From Mobula hypostoma (Eukaryota), in NCBI RefSeq assembly GCF_963921235.1, contig NC_086108.1, positions 105,588,001-105,652,000 of the forward strand: a DNA stretch of 64,000 bases, read 5' to 3'. Below, one piece after another: positions 50,001 through 61,984 of the stretch; position 1 is the first letter of the stretch, and every line of letters starts with the position of its first letter. Position numbers and translations under genes: made by a program. The notes beneath the pieces were generated by a model, which saw only the letters and a program-made list of their open reading frames with translations, searched no databases and had not been told where the DNA came from.

Positions 50001-50140
50001 AAAGATTTGATCTCAGCAATCCCAAGTTAGCAGCTGCAACAAGATAAGCAAGAGCACATGACTTATTCTGTTCACTTTTACCATGCCCCACTCAAGTAAT
50101 GAGTACCATAAAAAACATAGTAAGCATGCAACACGATAAC
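47002..50140 (-). mobile_element. BEL/Pao LTR retrotransposon relic (gag + protease only)
   Basis: Diverged direct repeats at about 47002-47464 and 49808-50140; PPT-like aaaagagggcagt before the 3' LTR; gag LPKREIQVFNSDLLQYHPLMRTF and KLPDELWKEWRR; protease TYAFLDQGS. Confidence 0.8.
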
Positions 50141-51652
50141 AATAATAAAAAACACAATAAATATAAATACATAAGATAGCTTATAAACTTAGATTGTATG
50201 TAAATAGAATGCCTTATTTATTCCTAAATTAAATAATTGGTCTTATGAAAAAGTTGCTGTTCGGGTCCCTTTTAAATCATTCCCCACATCCTAAATCTAA
50301 GCCCCCTTGTTTATAACCCCTACTCTGGGGAAAAACAACTACACCATGGACGGTTGTTCCCAAGCCAGGCTGCAAAAGGAGGAGGGTTGGGCATGGGAAT
50401 AGCAACCCCATCCTGTAAAATCCCAGAGCTGCAGAAAGGCCAACAGAAGTTTCCAAAGACCTTATCCCTGGGAGAGAAAGGATCTTCGATGAGCTACTCC
50501 TGGGAACAATTTGGAAGAGTGGCCCAGGACAGAGGACTCTGGTGAGCTGTTGTCAGCAGCCTATGCAACAATAGGGCTGATGGGCTGAAGAGAAGAAAGA
50601 TGAGAGTAATAATTAGGCAAGGATTCAGCCCAGCTCACCTGTGTTTCTGTCAAAAGACCATCAGGTCCCAGATCACACAGGTTCTTGGATCTCTTCCATA
50701 ACAATAGAGAAATGTCAAATAAGTATAATAAAATAACGATGGGAGAAACCTAACATAGTCCTGTCAGGAAGTTAAAAAGCAACAGCCATCAAAGTATTTC
50801 AATGAGAAAACACCCTTTTAACAAGAGGAAATTAGACAGAAAGAAAACTGTTACTAGACAATATCACTTGGCTCAAAATATATGACCAAATGACATGGGA
50901 GCAGCTGAGCAACAGACACAAAATGCTGGAGGAACTCAGCAGGCCAGGCAGCGTCTATGGAAAAGAGTACAGTTGACGTTTCAGGCCTAGACCCTTCAGC
51001 AGGCCGTGAAATGTTGACTCTACTCTTTTCCATTCATGCTGCCAGTCCTGCTGGACTCCTCCAGCGGTTTTTGTGTGCTGCTCGGATTTCCAGCATCTGC
51101 AGAACTTCTCTGGTTAGTAATTGGAGCAGAATGAGGCCACTTGGTCAGCTAGTCTGCTCCGATGCATCATGGCTAATTTATTTTCCCCCACAATCCCATT
51201 TTCTTGTCTTCTCCTCATAACCTTTGACACCCTGACTAATCAAGAACCTATCATCTCTGCTTTAAATTTATCCAATGACTTGGCCTCCACAGTTCTATGT
51301 GGCAATGAATTCCACAGATTCACCACCTTTGGCTAAAGAAATTTCCCCTCATTTCTGTTCCAAATGGACATTCTTCTATTCTGAGGCTGTTCCCTTTGGT
51401 CACAGTCTCCCCCACTATAGGAAATATCCTCTGCACATACACTCCTTCTGGGCTTTCAATATTTGATAAGTTTCAGTAAGATTCTCCCCTCAGGCCCAGA
51501 GCCATCAAATGCTCCTCATATGTTAACCCTTGTATGCTGGGATCACTCTCATGAACTCACCCAGACTCTTTCCATTGCCAAACCATCTTTTCTCAAATAA
51601 GGGGCCCAAAATTGCTCACCATTACTCCACATGTGGTCTGGCCAATGCCTTA

Positions 51653-52334
51653 TGTAATGCCCTGGGAAAGGTTTCACTGCTAATGTAATGGTTTCTCTGT
51701 AGCAGCAGTGCTTGGGTTATGACTAGAGATAATGGGGGCTTTGGAATGTGCGGTGTCCAATGAGGGGAATGTTTTTCTTTCTTGTGTGTTCGATAACGAG
51801 GTACTTACGGTGTTTAGTTCAACGGAAGATGGAGAGAGATGATGCCAGAACAAAGACATCGTAGACTGCAGGACTGAGTAGACGTGGAATGGGGTCGGGA
51901 GTCGACGACACCCAGGGGAAATCGATGGAGAACGAACGGAAGGGAAAATTGTGAGCTCCAACATGCACATTACACTGTTTAATTAAAATGGGCCCTTTTT
52001 CTTTTTGTTTTCTTTACTAACCCTCTAGTCAAATTAATTGCATATGGTGTACTGCAACATGCACAACCCGCTGGAGAAACTCAGCCGGTCGGGCAGCATC
52101 CATGGAAACGAACAATCAACGTTTCAGGTCGAGACCCTTCGTCAGGCCTGAAGAGGGAGGGGGCAGGGGCCTTGTTTGTTATGGTGTACTGTTTGTTCTT
52201 TTGTGGTACTAATTTGTAACAGGGGAACACATCATGCAGCATCCACACAAATGAAATTTCACAAGTTTGGCGGGCCAGGGAGTGTCTTCCCCTTGACTAA
52301 GGCTACTGACCAAACCTGAGATCTGAGGGTTACA
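51653..52334. mobile_element. Solo LTR inserted in a CR1 fragment
   Basis: TGTAATGCCC...GGGTTACA termini; 4-bp TSD CTTA (51649-51652/52335-52338); removing it restores the CR1 sequence ccaatgccttataaagcctcag seen at about 36272. Confidence 0.85.
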
Positions 52335-53389
52335 CTTATAAAGCCTCAGATCTAAGCCATGGGACTTCTCTGTCAAACTTGAGAAAGGATGGTAGGTATA
52401 GAGGAGTATGTGGAAGAGAAGGCCAAAACTTAAAGATTGGACTTGTGAGTTGGTGGGGGGGAAGGGTGGGTGGTTGCAAAAGTGGAAGGTTGTTGGAGGG
52501 AGACAAGCATGGGAGATGGTTATTGAGTCATGTTACATCTGCAGTGGGGAAATAATGCAGCCCAAAGTGCGTTCCACCTTAAAACTTCCATAGATATTAC
52601 CTTATGTTTGCAATAGTGGGGGAGTCTAGGACCATGGGGCACACCTTCAGAACAGAAGGCTATCTCTTTAGAACAGAGACAAGGAGAAACTTCATCAGCC
52701 AGATGATTGTGGAGGCCAAGTGGTTGGGTATATTTAAAATGGAGGTTGATAGGCTCTTGGTTAGTCAGGGTGTCAAAGGTTACAGGAGAAGGCAAGAGAA
52801 TGGGATTTGAGAGGGAAAATAAATCAGCCGTGATGGAATGGCAAAGTAGAATTGAAAAGATGAATGGTCTAATTCTGCTCCTATGTCTTATGGTCTTACA
52901 GTAAACCTGATACGGATCCTGATTCTGTGGCACGGTAGGAGGTAGAGGGGGAAATATAATTCACAGAGATGAATTCATGGTCCAATGATCATGGAGAAAA
53001 ACCTATCACAGTTTTATTCATTGTATTCTAGCTGGCTGCATGCCCATCTGCTATGGGGGTAGGGAGGGAGGGCGTGCTGCTACACAGGATCGAAGTAAAC
53101 TGCAAAGAGCTGTGAAATTAGTCATCCCCATCATGGGCACTGGCCTTTGTACTATCCAGGACATCTTCAATGAATGATGCCTCAGAAAGGCGGCGTCCAT
53201 TATTAAGGACCCCCAGCACCCAGGACATGCCTTGTTCTCATTGCTACCAGCAGGAACAGCAGGAACGAGGTACAGAAGCATGAAGGCACATGCTCAATGA
53301 TACAGGAAGAGCTTCTTCCCCTCTACAGTCTGATTTCTAAATGGACACTGAACCCATGAATACTACCGCACTATTTTTTTCCTCATTTT

Positions 53390-54009
53390 AGATTAGATTA
53401 TGAAGACACGTAGTCCTCTTTTATTGTCATTTAGTAATGCATGCATTAAGAAATGATACATTATTTCATCTGGTGTGATATCACAAAACACAAGACGGAC
53501 CAAGACTGAAAAAACTGATGAAACCACATAATTATAACATATAGTTACAAACAGTGTAACGATACCATAACTTGATGAAGAAGTCCATGAGCACAGTAAA
53601 GTTCAAGGTTTCTCAAATGTCCCACATCTCATGCAGTCGGGAGAGGGAAGAAAAACTCTCCCTGCCATGCCGACCACAATCCGACTCTGAGTCATCCGAA
53701 AACTTCGAGCTCTGATCAGCTCTCCGACACCGAGTACTGAGCGCCATCTCTGTCCGAGCCATTCGCCCTCCTTCTCAGTCGCGAAAAGCAGGCAAGGCCA
53801 GGGATTTTGAGGCCTACCCTCCGAAAGATTCCCGACCACACAGTAATGACAGCAGTGAACGGGCGTTTCAGAAATTTCTCCAGATGTTCCTCTGTGCTTT
53901 CATGTCCATCCTCCATCAAATCAGAATTGTCCACGGCCCCTATTTAACAGATACATCATTTTTCACCAGAGGGCTGTGCACATGCAGGCGTGCCGCCATC
54001 TTCTCCTCC
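53390..54009 (-). mobile_element. Approximately 620-bp non-autonomous retroelement, (AATCT)n tail
   Basis: Reverse-complement homolog of 55143-55771; inserted in a Rex-type 3' UTR with possible TSD catttt. Confidence 0.75.
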
Positions 54010-55142
54010 CGCCATTTTGGACTATTTATTAAATTTAACCAATATATAAATACTTGCTGTGATCGTGTTTTTTCTCTATTATTATGTATTGCATTGTATT
54101 GCTGCTGTAAAGTCAACAAATTTCACAACATATGTCAGTGATATTAAACCTGATTCTGACTGTGATGGATATTCACTTTCCGGGGCTTGAGAGGTTTATT
54201 GCTAACCCCAGCTTTCTAGCACAGCAACATGATCTTTCCAAAGGGTCACATTTATGTGTGACAACGTTAAACTTCTAAGAAATATTCCCTGCTCAGCTTC
54301 TAGGTTAGATTAAAGCATCAAGGCTGTGGGCAAGGACGAATATTACTCCACGAGGATTCAGTATTTTACAGGATCCATGGCTGTCACTCGCTTTGAGGTC
54401 TCTGCAGTTCATGTTATTTGCTTACTTTGTTATTGTTTGCACCATTTGTTCTGTTTTTTTGGGGGGGAGGTCATTAACTTTATTGTATATCTTTGTTTTG
54501 TGGCTGCCTATAAGAAGATGATTCTCAAGGTTGTTTATGGTCTACATACTTTGATAATAATTGTACTTTAAACTTTTGAACTTTGTTGTAAGCAAGTAAA
54601 CAATGAGATCCTACGGTCATGTGGTCTCATGAGGAGCATTTAATAGTTCTGGGTCTCTACTTACTGGAGTTCAGGAAAATAGTGGGGGGGGGAATCTCAA
54701 TGAAACCTTTCAAATGTTGTAAAGCTTCAGTAGAGTGGGTGTAGGGAGGATGTTTCCTATGGCAGGAGAGTCTAAAACCAGAGGACACAGCCTCAGAAAA
54801 GAGGGACATCCTTTTAGAATGGAGATGTAGACGAATTTCTTTATCCAGAGTGTGGTGAAACTGTGGAATTTGTTGCCACAGGCGGCAGTGGAGACCAAGT
54901 CACTGGGTTATTTAATGCTGATGTTGATAGGTTCATGATTAGTCAAGTCACAAAGGAATAAGGGGAGAGGGCAGGAGATTGGGGCTGAGAGGAAAATGGA
55001 TCAACCATGATGAAATGGTGGAGAAGACTCGATGGGCCAAGTGGCCTAATTCTGCTCCTATATCTTATGTTCTTATGGTTATACCCCCTCATCACCTTTA
55101 CTGGGGCATTTTATGGTCATATGGTCATATGATATTGTTAGG

Positions 55143-55771
55143 AGGGAGGAGAAGATGGTGGCGCGATGCAGCGTGTGCGGCCGTTCCGAATAATATCGTA
55201 TTGTGTTAGCTAGGGGGCCGTGTACAATCCGGATTTGATGGAGACAGCCGTGAGAAGCACAGAGGAACACCTGGAGAAACTTCTGAAATGCCCGCTTCGC
55301 TGCCGCTGCTACTGTGCGATCGAGAATCTCCGGAGGGGAAGGCCCCAGATCCTCGGCTTTGCCTATTGCCTGTTGCTGGGGCTGGGGTCGAAGCGCTCGG
55401 CAGAGATGGTGCTCGGTGTCGGAGAGTTGGTCGGAGGCTCGGAGTTTTCAGATGGACTCGGAGTCGGACTGTGGTTGGATGCTTCCAGGATGCTGCATCG
55501 GCAAGTTTGCAGCGCTGGAGGTTCACCGTCTGCGTGAGATGATGGGACTTTCGAGAGACTTTGAGACTTTTTACTGTGCTAAGGTCTGTTCTTTATCAAA
55601 TTACGGTATTGCTTTGCACTGTTGTAACTATATGTTATAATTATGTGGTTTTTGTCAGCGTGTCCTGTGTTTCTGTGATATCATTCTGGAGAAACATTGC
55701 ATCATTTCTTAATACATGCATTATTAAATAACAATAAAAGAGGACTGCATGTCCTCATAATCTAATCTAAT
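55143..55771 (+). mobile_element. Approximately 620-bp non-autonomous retroelement, (AATCT)n tail
   Basis: Head ggaggagaagatggtggcg; CpG-rich body; AATAAA then cataatctaatctaat tail. Confidence 0.75.
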
Positions 55772-56949
55772 TTTATCTGGGTTCAAAAGGAAAGCATTAT
55801 GTAATGCAAATGATGCTCAAGATGCTAAATTAATATGACACACGACTGGCCCCCTGTAATGATTAAATTGCATTATATATATGATATAAGAAATACATAT
55901 TTTAATTATAATGGTCATGTTGTAGAATTCACCACCTGCTGTGAAGTTAAATTAAATGTAGTGCATTTGTTAGGCTGGGATAATGGCAGATGTGTACAAA
56001 CACACGTACAAATTAGGAACAGGAAATTTTCTTAAAAGATTAAGATGGTTTGGCATGTCACTCAACACTTGAACAAACTTGAACACAGAAATGCTGTTGA
56101 AAGTGTCCTGTCTGGTTTCATCACCATCTGGCACGGCAATTGCAGGCATCTGACTGCATTTCTTCGAAGTGTTGTGAGGACTGCGACAGGGTCATCATGG
56201 TCTTTCTTCCACTCAGCAGAGATATTGATCAGGAGCGCTGCATACGCAGGGCCCTGAGCATTGTTAATGATCCCGCCCGTTCATACAACAACTCCTTTGA
56301 CCCCTTACCATCAGGCAGGGGGTACCATGGCATTAGGACAAGGACTGTTAGGATGGGAAACAGCTTCTTCCCCTGTCGCCACCCAGTTCTCATCACGTCT
56401 GAAGCACCAGTAGCGCTACACTGCTTACTTGTTAACTTGCGTCACAAATGCACCTCACCATTTGTCAATTTCTTTGTGGTAATATTACTTTACATGTTGC
56501 ATGTGAGTTATATGTACTGTGTTGGGCACCTTGGCCCAAAGGAACGATGCTTCATTCAGCGGTATACATGTATATGGCTGAATGACAATGAACTTAAACT
56601 TGAAGTAGCAGGTATGTACGAAGCTGTGAAGAGTAATGGACTCTGCCCAGATTCAGGTTGAGATTTGGATTTGGATTTGAATTCAGATTTATTCAGTCAT
56701 TTATTTATTTGTCACAACTATATTGAAACATACAGGGAAATGCATCATTTTGTGTTAACAACCAACACACCCAAGGATGTGCTGGTGGCCGTCAAAAGTT
56801 TCGCGCCACAGTCCAACATCAACACATAGTATCATGCCCACAATTCTCAGCAGAACAACATTAGTAAGAACAACAAACAACAGCAAAATAAGCCCCTTTC
56901 ACACCTTACCATCCCTCCCTTCCACCCACTCACATACACAAACCAGCTT

Positions 56950-57099
56950 CCCACCCCAGGACAGACCATCTCCGGGTGTCCAACCACAGGGCAGGCCGTC
57001 TCTGGGCCTCCCACCCCATGGCAGGCCGTCTCTGGGCCTCACACCCCAGGGCAGGCCTTCTCTGGGTCTCCCACCCCAGGGCAGGCCATCTCTGGGCCT
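56950..57099. repeat. 30-bp minisatellite, 5 copies
   Basis: Unit approximately cccaccccagggcaggccgtctctgggcct, repeated five times. Confidence 0.9.
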
Positions 57100-59334
57100 C
57101 CAATCCTTGACACTGGACTCTCAAACTTGCAGAAATTGGGCCTACAACTTCAGACTTCATGCTAGGCTCACTGATCCTGGGTTTGATCTTTGGGTCTCCA
57201 CTCCCAGACTTGCATGGGCACATACTTTCGCTCCATCAAACCTATTGACATGAGGTGTCACCCTTAGACTCCTTTAAGCATACCCCCCCCAACCTCACCT
57301 TAAATGCATGTCCACTCGTGCTTGACATTTCTATGATGGGAACAAGATTCTGACTGACTGCCTTAGCTGTACCTTATAGTTTAGTGAGCTGATCTGTGTG
57401 AAGAGTATGCAAGACCAAAAACAGTCTTACAAAAACAATTACTTTCCTCAAGCAGTAAGGCTGATCAAGACATCCACTCGCTAACACACTCCTCTACATG
57501 CTCCACTGCTTTATCACTTCCTGTCAATGATCTTGTGTACAGACACTCCTGTGCTAGCATCACTTTATGGACATACAATTAATCTATATATATTTTTTCA
57601 TTCGTTATGTGCTGTGTCATATAACATGGGTGATCATAGACTTTCTACGCCATGATTGTTCTTGACAAATTTTTCTACAGAAGTTGTTTGTCATTGCTTT
57701 CTTCTTATTAGACGGGCGAGATTTTCTGCCTGGTGTCAGTGGGTACAATACCAGGACTTGTGATATGCACCAGCTGCTCATCCGACCATGGCTTCATGTG
57801 ACCCTGATTCTGGGGGCTCAGCAGGTGCTACACCTTGCCCAAGGTGACCTGCAGGCTAGCGGAGGGAAGGAGTGCCTTACACCTCCCTTGGTAGAGATGG
57901 ATTTCCACCCCACCACCCAAATACCTATCTATATATAAGCGATCTTATGTATTTATATTTATGTTCTTCTTATTATTGTGTTCATTATGTTATTGTGAGT
58001 TTTTTTGTACTGCATTGGATCTGGAGTAACAATTATTTTGTTCTCCTTTACATTTGTGAACTGGAAATGACATTAAACAATCTTGAATCTTGAAGACAAG
58101 TTCTTCACTGTACCTTGATACATGTGACACTAATAAGCTAATTCTACTTCGCTCATAGAGGAGAAAATCTGCAGATGCTGGAAATCCAAACAGCACACAC
58201 AAAAAGCCGGAGGAATTCAGCAGGCCAGGCAGCATCTATGAAAAACAGTACAGTCGACACTTCGGGCCAAGTCCTGATGAAGGGCTTCTTTCCATAGCGG
58301 CTGCCCGGCCTGCAGAGCTCCTACAGCATTCTGAGTGTGTTGCTTCCAGTTCTCTCACCATAGGAAAGGTTGAAAGGGATCTGGACCAAACAAAGGGAAA
58401 TCGGACTAGCTCAGTTCAGCAACTTGGCCAGCATGGACAGAATGGGCCAAAGGGCCTGTTCCCATGCTGTACCCCTCTGTGACTGTGACTTGGTGCCGGG
58501 GTTACACTGGTAAACCCAGATTACGGGTTACTATGAGCCACAGTACTGCAGCCAGAAGTAATTACAAGATGAATCCCCATTAAAGGTGATGAAAGACTGA
58601 TGAAAAAAAGCCAGCTGTGTCGACAGATAAAAATTTATCACACGAAGCAGAGCTATTAGCATATTAATCGGGGCAAAGACATTGGTGTTGAGATGTTTTA
58701 GAATTAGCTGCCACATTCTATCCTTGTTGAGGGTGGTGAGTGACTATTAGGGTCTTAATTACAGTCTGAGGATACAGCCTGACAATTGATTCCAACATGA
58801 ACCAGCTGTAACTGTACTTGGACAAAGGGAGTCACTTACATGCTAAAGAGCACAGAACATGATCTCCAAGGATTAATTGCATGCTGCTGTGTTCACATAG
58901 ACTGCTAAAAAAAATATTTGAGCTGATTAATGACTGCCTAGAAAGCGAAGCAGGAAAATCGTGTACAGCTTTTCTATTCCCCCAAAATACACTGTATTCT
59001 TACTACTCTGAGGCTCCACGATAGTGCAGAGCTATTACAGCTCAGGGTGTTGGAGTTCAGAGTTCAATTCTGGTGCCATCTGTAAGGAGTTTGTGTGTTC
59101 CATCCATGATCATGTGGGTTTCCTCCAGGTGCTCTGGTTTCCTCCCACAGTCCAAAGTGGTACTGGTTAGTAGGTTAATTGGTCATTGTAAATTGCCCTG
59201 TGATTAGGCTAGGATTAAATAAGTGGGCTGTTGGGTGGTGCAGCTCATTAGGCTGGAAGGTCTTGTTCCACGTTGTATCGCCAAATAAAATAAATAAGTA
59301 TTGAGCAAATACAACTCATGATTTTCTTTCTCTT

Positions 59335-60170
59335 TACCTGGTATGGAAGTTGTCCTGTCCAAGACCAGAAGAAGCTGCAGACAATCGTGAACATGGCGCA
59401 GCACATCACACAAACCAATCTTCCGTCCTTGGACTCACTTTACACCGCACGCTGTCGGAGCAGTGCTGCTGGGATAATCAAAGACACAACTCACCCAGCC
59501 AACACACTTTTCATCCCTCTTCCCTCCGGGAGAAGGCTCAGGAGCTTGAAGACTCGTACGGCCAGATTTGGGAACAGCTTCTTTCCAACTGTGATAAGAC
59601 TGCTGAACAGATCCTGACCTGGATCTGGGCCGTACCCTCCAAATATCCGGACCTGCCTCTCGGTTTTTTTGCACTACCTTACTTTCCATTTTTCTATTTT
59701 CTATTTATGATTTGTGTTGGCGCGTGGCCAAGTGGTTAAGGCGTTCGTCTAGTGATTTGAAGGTCGCTAGTTCGAGCCTTGGCTGAGGCAGCGTGTGTGT
59801 CCTTGAGCAAGGCACTTAACCACATATTGCTCTGTGATGACACCAGTGCCAAGCTGTATGGGTCCTAATGCCCTTCCCTTGGACAACATCAGTGGCATGG
59901 AGAGGGGAGACTTGCAGCATGGGCAACTGCTGGTCTTCCATACAACCTTGCCAGGCCTGCGCCCTGGAAACTTTCCAAGGCACAAATCCATGGTCTCATG
60001 AGACTAACGGATGCCTATGATGATTTATGATTTATAATTTAAATTTTTAATATTTACTATCGATTTGTAATCCAGGGAGCGGGAAGCGCAGAATCAAATA
60101 CCTCTGTGATGATTATATGTTCCAGTATCAATTGTTTGGTGACAATAAAGTATAAAGTATATTAAAGTAT
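59335..60170 (+). mobile_element. Young 5'-truncated Rex1/Babar-type LINE carrying a SINE insertion
   Basis: ORF 59318-59617 is nearly identical to 3740-4045(-); (ATAAAGT)n tail at about 60145-60170. Confidence 0.85.
59714..60022 (+). mobile_element. tRNA-derived SINE with CORE-like domain
   Basis: A-box TGGCCAAGTGG, B-box GTTCGAGCC, gtgtccttgagcaaggcacttaac; perfect 11-bp TSD atttatgattt (59703-59713/60023-60033). Confidence 0.9.
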
Positions 60171-61064
60171 GTTTGTATATGAATGTCCTGAGATGAAAAT
60201 GTTGATATGTTCAAAGATTAACTTTATGATTACACGTACTCCAAATCATCAAAACATACAGAGAAATGCAACATTTTGCATCAGTGACCAGTACAGTCCG
60301 AAGATGCGCTGAGGGACAACCCGTAAGTGTCACCATGCTTCCGCTGCCAACATCGCATGCCTGCAACTTACTAAGCCTTACCACTCCGTTGTCCTTGGAA
60401 TGTGGGAGGAGGCGAGTGAGGGTGATGGGCAGATGGAGAGTTTGGGGGAAAAGAAAGAGTTAGGGTAATGGGGACCAGTTGGATCAGGAAGGAGAAAGAG
60501 AGAGAAACAAAAAAAGGGAACAGGAACAGAGGGGAATTACCATTTATTGGAGTTTTGCGAATTTGATGTTCATGCTGATAGGCTGAAGGCAGCCCAGGTA
60601 GATAAACTCATGCTGGGAGAAATGCTTTTATTTTCCCAAAAAATATACTTTGTTCATTACATCTACAATAAACACAATAGTGATGTGCTTTTCTCATAGG
60701 GATCTCATTGATCATCCGGGAAGGTGGCACAGCAACGACTAAGGGTCCAATCAAAGGTGTATTTGTTTGTTCTGTACACCTCTTTTTTGATCGCAATTCA
60801 TCGCTGGATGCTAAGTAAATCAAACACTGCAGGACTATCCCATCAGCATATTTCTTGATAGCAGTTAAGCTGGATTTGTCACATACCATTGTGACGAGAA
60901 GGCACACAATCCAAAATAGGTGCAAGTGATTCCCTTGAATGTTTTTATCGTGATCGCAATCTCAATTGGACTTGGGTAAAATAGAATACTGCAAGTCCGG
61001 TTCACTGGTTCATTGGCGAGATCGATGCAGCATGGCTTTGTTTTTTGTGCAAACAAGGTCCTCA

Positions 61065-61560
61065 TGCCTTGCAGTCCATCCACTTTAAGGTTCGACATGT
61101 TGTGCATTCAGAGATGCTCTTCTGCACGCCACTCTTGTAGCATGCGGTTATTTGAATTACAGTTGTCTTCCTGTCAGCTTGAACCAGTCTGGCCATTCTC
61201 CTCTGAACTCTTGTCATTAACAAGGCATTTTTGGCCTCAGAACTTCCACTTGCTGGACGTTTTTTTTTGTTTTTTTCACTATTCTCTGTAAGCTCTAGGG
61301 ACTGTTGTATGTGAAATTCCCAGGAGATCAGCAGTTTCTGAGATACTCAAACCACCACATCTGGCACTAACAAGCATTCCACGATCAAAGTCACCTAAAT
61401 CACATTTCTTCCCCATTCTGATGTTTGCTCTGAACAACAGCTGAACCTCTTGACCATGTCTACATGCTTTTATGCATTGCATTGCTGCCACACAATTGAT
61501 ATTTGCATTTACAATCAGGGGTACAGTTGTACATAACAAGGTGACCTCTGAGTATAAGTA
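61065..61560 (-). mobile_element. Tc1/mariner deletion derivative (same family as 29947-30499)
   Basis: MGKKCDLGDFDRGMLVSARCGGLSISETADLLGISHTTVPRAYRE in ORF 61279-61539(-). Confidence 0.85.
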
Positions 61561-61984
61561 CCTCAGTCAAATGCATTGTTTGCATCAAAGGAAAACAGCA
61601 AGGATTTTTCAGTGTTGCCACAATTCTGGGCTGACAACTCATTAACCCTAACTCATGCATCTTTGGAATGTGGGAGGAAATCAGAGCACCCAGAGGAAAC
61701 CCATGTGGTCACTGGGAGAACATGTAACTTTGTAAATACAACACGGCGAGAACACTGAGTTTATCCAGTGTTTAGTTTGTGCTGCAACTTAAAAAATGTT
61801 AAAGGAGCTCTATCAACACAGGTTGTGTTTGTGTTCTTCACCAGTGTAGATAAAAATGCAGTCGCTTTCAACAGAAAGCTGGATATGGAGAGTATTTTGA
61901 TGTAAGACCGGTGTCAGAAGCTGAAAACTTGGGTGACAGCTGTATGAGGCAGAAAGAGGATATCTTTTGAACTTTGGTACCTTC

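Noticed and set aside
56777..57253. 158-aa ORF with PQGRPSLGL repeats
   Set aside because: Product of the 30-bp minisatellite inside a dispersed repeat; no evidence of coding.
59714..59790. tRNA-like sequence (also at 15007 and about 11965-12038)
   Set aside because: A and B boxes continue into SINE bodies with tails, and TSDs in two cases; these are not tRNA genes.
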